From the IMG/VR virus record IMGVR_UViG_3300027740_000003, positions 32,001 through 96,000 of that record: a stretch of 64,000 nt of DNA. One strand, written 5' to 3'. Position numbers and translations under genes: made by a program. Below, piece after piece: positions 61,295 to 64,000 of the stretch (positions are counted from its first letter, which is position 1; the number at the start of each line of letters is the position of its first letter). The notes below the pieces were generated by a model, which ran no database searches, was not told the DNA's origin, and saw only the letters and a list, made by a program, of their open reading frames with translations. This DNA comes from a virus (taxonomy: Duplodnaviria > Caudoviricetes).

Positions 61295-63454
61295 TCATTC
61301 TGGCCTCCAAATCTCCTCAAAACTACCTTTCAACTGACGCCGATATCGGCACAAAATCCTTTCCAGAACCCTGAATGCCATATCGTCCTCTTCCATTAGC
61401 CCGGTTGCCGCTAACCAATGCCCAATGCTTGCATCCGGCCGATTGAAGCCTTTATAATCCTTCTCCACAGCCCCATCACATACCGACACCATATATGACA
61501 AGGCATGTCTAAGCATCTGCTTTCGTGAAGCAGTCAATACAGGCTCCGGAACCCCAGAAACTTTCGCTGCCTCTCTACCAGCTATCGCTGAAAGCCTGCC
61601 AAGTGCATATTGCCTCTCAACCTCAGCCTCTGCATTGGCCATCCTTGCCGCAAGCTCTTCCGCAGTTTCTTCAACCAACTTGATGTCTTGCGCCAATGGC
61701 CTGGCCTTCGGATGACTGAACTTATAGGATGCCTCCAATGCTTTTTGATAAAGCTTCATTTTATACTCAATCAGATCGTTGACCCTCTTGTCCAAAGGAT
61801 GCGTGCTAGTCATCCTCATCACAAGAATATTATTGCTGGTCTGACCAATCCGATGCAATCGGTCTTCCGCCTGAATATTAAGGGCAGGAGTCCAGTCCAG
61901 ATCCACAAACAACACATTAGAAGCATGTGTAAGTGTGATTCCTACTCCGCCAGCTTGAATGGTTAGCCCAACTCCCTTCAACTTCCCAGCCTGAAATTCA
62001 GAAACAATATTAGTCCTTTCCTCTGCTTTGGTTTCCCCAGTGATAACCTTCCAATCTTCACGGGTAGCCAATGCAGCAATAGGAGCCTTGTGAGCACTGA
62101 AGACAACCAGAGGAACATCAGATTCCTCATAGCTCTCTACAATCTCCATCATCGCAGGAATCCTAGCTTCCGCCAACATTGCCCGGATCTTGGAGAACTC
62201 CTCAAAAGAAGGAAGAGAAGTGATCTCTAGCTTGTCAACTAGATCATCAATGTCTCCCTTTTCCTCAGCAGCATCATAAACCAAAGCGTTGATCTTGGCA
62301 TAAAGAACGTTATCAAGATTGTTAACCTCAATGGTCTTGTATGTCTTTGGAGGAAGGTCCGAAAGAACCTCGCTCTTCAAACGACGCAACATAACCCTCT
62401 TCATTCTCTCAGGGACCTCAGCAGATGGCATTCCAAACTTCCACCCGTACTTGTCTTTATACCCATCAAATAAAGACACGAACTTGTCCCATCCACCAAG
62501 AACACTCATGTTCCCCGCAGAAAGAACCCCGTACAGATCCGTGGGCCTGGTCATCAATGGAGTGCCAGTAAGGAACCATACAGCCTTGCACATACGAGAA
62601 AGCTTATTCACCTTCTCACTTCTGGCCGCCTTGTAGTTCTTTACCATATGTGCCTCATCTGCAATCAAATGAGTCTCTTTAAGCTGAGCTTTAGTCTCCT
62701 CGGGAATAGAATCAGAAGCCAACCAAGCGGGGAGAATATCATAGTTCACAATGATAACCTCACCCTTATCAGGCAGACGGAAATTGCCCCTGCCTTCCAA
62801 AATGGAAGCTTTGTACTCAGGCCTCCACATCTTGATCTCATTCCGCCAGTTGTACTTAACAACCGCTGGGCAGATCAGAATAACCCTTGCTCCTTCAGGC
62901 AAGGCAACAAGAGCCTGAATCGTCTTTCCTGTCCCTTGGTCGTCTGCCAACAAAGCATGATCTTTTAGAGCAAGGAACTCAACCCCGACCTTCTGAAAAT
63001 CATAGAGTTCAGATCCATCTACACGCTTCCTAGAAGCCCTTTCCAAAGCCTCCCGGCTCTCAGTCGTCCCTTCTTTAAGATTGCTCCGAAGGGCCTCAGG
63101 GACCGAAAGTTGTAGCTTGTCAGCAATCTCAATAACCCTGGGAAGGTCCCCAGGCTTGATAGAACAGGTCCAACACTTGCTCTGAAGATTCCACCTGGCA
63201 CCAGGCAATGACCGAAGCAACACAATTGCGTCTCTGTCATATGGCATCGAAATAACACCATCCTCAGAAAGCGTCTTCTCTTGCTTTGCCTCTGCTCCGG
63301 GAGGAGAGATTCCGAGCTTGGCCAGACACGCAGTTGAAGTGCAGCACTGCAACCAAGCATAACCATTTTTGTAGGCAAAACCTTCCCCGGCTCCCAGCTT
63401 AGTCTTGCAACTCTGACACTTGCCAGGATATCGATTAACCATTGCTGTCGCCAT
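61295..63454 (-). CDS. SNF2/SWI2-family (SF2, DEAH) helicase with N-terminal Cys motif
   Basis: LLADDQGTGKT, IADEAH, LTGTP, VMLRRLKSEVL, GGVGITLT, QAEDRLHRIGQ. Confidence 0.93.
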   Translation of the reverse strand: MATAMVNRYPGKCQSCKTKLGAGEGFAYKNGYAWLQCCTSTACLAKLGISPPGAEAKQEKTLSEDGVISMPYDRDAIVLLRSLPGARWNLQSKCWTCSIKPGDLPRVIEIADKLQLSVPEALRSNLKEGTTESREALERASRKRVDGSELYDFQKVGVEFLALKDHALLADDQGTGKTIQALVALPEGARVILICPAVVKYNWRNEIKMWRPEYKASILEGRGNFRLPDKGEVIIVNYDILPAWLASDSIPEETKAQLKETHLIADEAHMVKNYKAARSEKVNKLSRMCKAVWFLTGTPLMTRPTDLYGVLSAGNMSVLGGWDKFVSLFDGYKDKYGWKFGMPSAEVPERMKRVMLRRLKSEVLSDLPPKTYKTIEVNNLDNVLYAKINALVYDAAEEKGDIDDLVDKLEITSLPSFEEFSKIRAMLAEARIPAMMEIVESYEESDVPLVVFSAHKAPIAALATREDWKVITGETKAEERTNIVSEFQAGKLKGVGLTIQAGGVGITLTHASNVLFVDLDWTPALNIQAEDRLHRIGQTSNNILVMRMTSTHPLDKRVNDLIEYKMKLYQKALEASYKFSHPKARPLAQDIKLVEETAEELAARMANAEAEVERQYALGRLSAIAGREAAKVSGVPEPVLTASRKQMLRHALSYMVSVCDGAVEKDYKGFNRPDASIGHWLAATGLMEEDDMAFRVLERILCRYRRQLKGSFEEIWRPE

Positions 63455-63483
63455 TGCTCTTCACCTTACCTAATGAACTCTTT

Positions 63484-63699
63484 TTATTTCTCTAGAACCA
63501 GTTTATAACTCCATTGAAAATCAAGCTCCTCATTGTCCTCCCCAGGCCAATCAGGATCTCGATCCCACGCAACCATCACGGAAAGATTATTGTCCTCTAC
63601 AACAGCCACCCGGCCTTTTAAACAATAGTCCTTCCGATGCTGAACCCTATCGCCAACTTTAAAAGTTGTTGACTCTACAGATGAACCTAACATTATCAC
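63484..63699 (-). CDS. small SH3-like hypothetical protein
   Basis: FKVGDRVQHR..KGRVAVV..VAWD. Confidence 0.65.
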   Translation of the reverse strand: MIMLGSSVESTTFKVGDRVQHRKDYCLKGRVAVVEDNNLSVMVAWDRDPDWPGEDNEELDFQWSYKLVLEK

Positions 63700-63721
63700 C
63701 TACTATCTGCCACTTGGCCAT

Positions 63722-63916
63722 TTAGTCTTTTTTAACTGCCACAGCCCCACATTTTTTACAAATCCAATCCTTGTCAGAAGGATTGCCAACATCCGTGCAC
63801 CCTAGAGTCTCAATATAGTTCCCCTCTGAATCTATAACCTGATCCTCTTGTACACAACATGATACAATAAACAGCTTGTGCTCAGAACTGTTAGGACATA
63901 TTGTTTTCATTTTCAC
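63722..63916 (-). CDS. small zinc-ribbon-like protein
   Basis: CPNSSEH ... WICKKCG. Confidence 0.65.
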   Translation of the reverse strand: MKMKTICPNSSEHKLFIVSCCVQEDQVIDSEGNYIETLGCTDVGNPSDKDWICKKCGAVAVKKD

Positions 63917-64000
63917 TCCGAATAATAACAGTCAAACCAAGGCCCGCTTCTCCTGGTCCGACGTTTTCCTTCTGCTTTTGTACACGTTCTCGAACTTGTC

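Noticed and set aside
895-63378. Dozens of plus-strand and alternate-frame ORFs in the supplied track (for example 1633-2205, 2847-3311, 48465-49079, 61610-61966)
   Set aside because: They lie antisense to, or inside, well-supported minus-strand genes, and lack SD sites and recognisable motifs; treated as shadow ORFs.
1-64000. Alternative genetic code (stop-codon reassignment)
   Set aside because: Long conserved genes are intact under the standard code, and TAA, TAG (for example 21297, 29743) and TGA all end genes at sensible positions. The few internal stops are explained by indels.
1-64000. Bacterial chromosome segment
   Set aside because: Extreme strand bias, mostly short hypotheticals, CCA-less scattered tRNAs and no housekeeping operons argue for a large phage. 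This is not proven, as no virion genes are in the window.

Overview
The window looks like part of a large (probably jumbo) bacteriophage genome, most likely an early or host-takeover region. It is AT-rich, and about 135 tightly packed genes lie on the minus strand. Most are short hypotheticals, and there are no structural or housekeeping operons. It has scattered tRNA genes without encoded CCA and 13 sigma70-like promoters (TTGAC-/TAnnnT, mostly with a 16-bp spacer). An OmpA fusion, lipoproteins and a prepilin-like peptide suggest a diderm, type IV-piliated host; Myxococcota/Deltaproteobacteria is an inference only. Recognisable genes include a NitT/TauT-type ABC transporter (substrate-binding protein fused to OmpA) beside a membrane-anchored PspA-like protein, tilS with its cognate tRNA-Ile2(CAT), NADAR and pncB. 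Also present are three radical SAM enzymes, a TROVE-like/TerD protein, UvrD-like and SNF2-like helicases, an HNH nuclease, an ATP-grasp protein, a metallophosphoesterase, a deaminase, a GNAT and a cyclic-phosphate receiver domain. The strongest candidates for undescribed biology are: (1) two tandem covarying small-RNA hairpins directly behind the TROVE-like/TerD gene, resembling a Ro/Y-RNA arrangement; (2) an anticodon-less tRNA-His mimic with a structured D-loop insertion, plus other atypical tRNAs and ncRNA candidates; (3) a portable C-terminal peptide (L[ST]xxExx[IA]KDII[ET]-COOH) on six proteins from at least four unrelated sequence groups; (4) a gene whose middle is inverted between 19-bp imperfect inverted repeats; (5) a 41-aa pilin-helix-only peptide. 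Several small genes carry single-base homopolymer indels, so some oddities could be sequencing or assembly artefacts. All family assignments come from motif recognition by eye; no database search was run.
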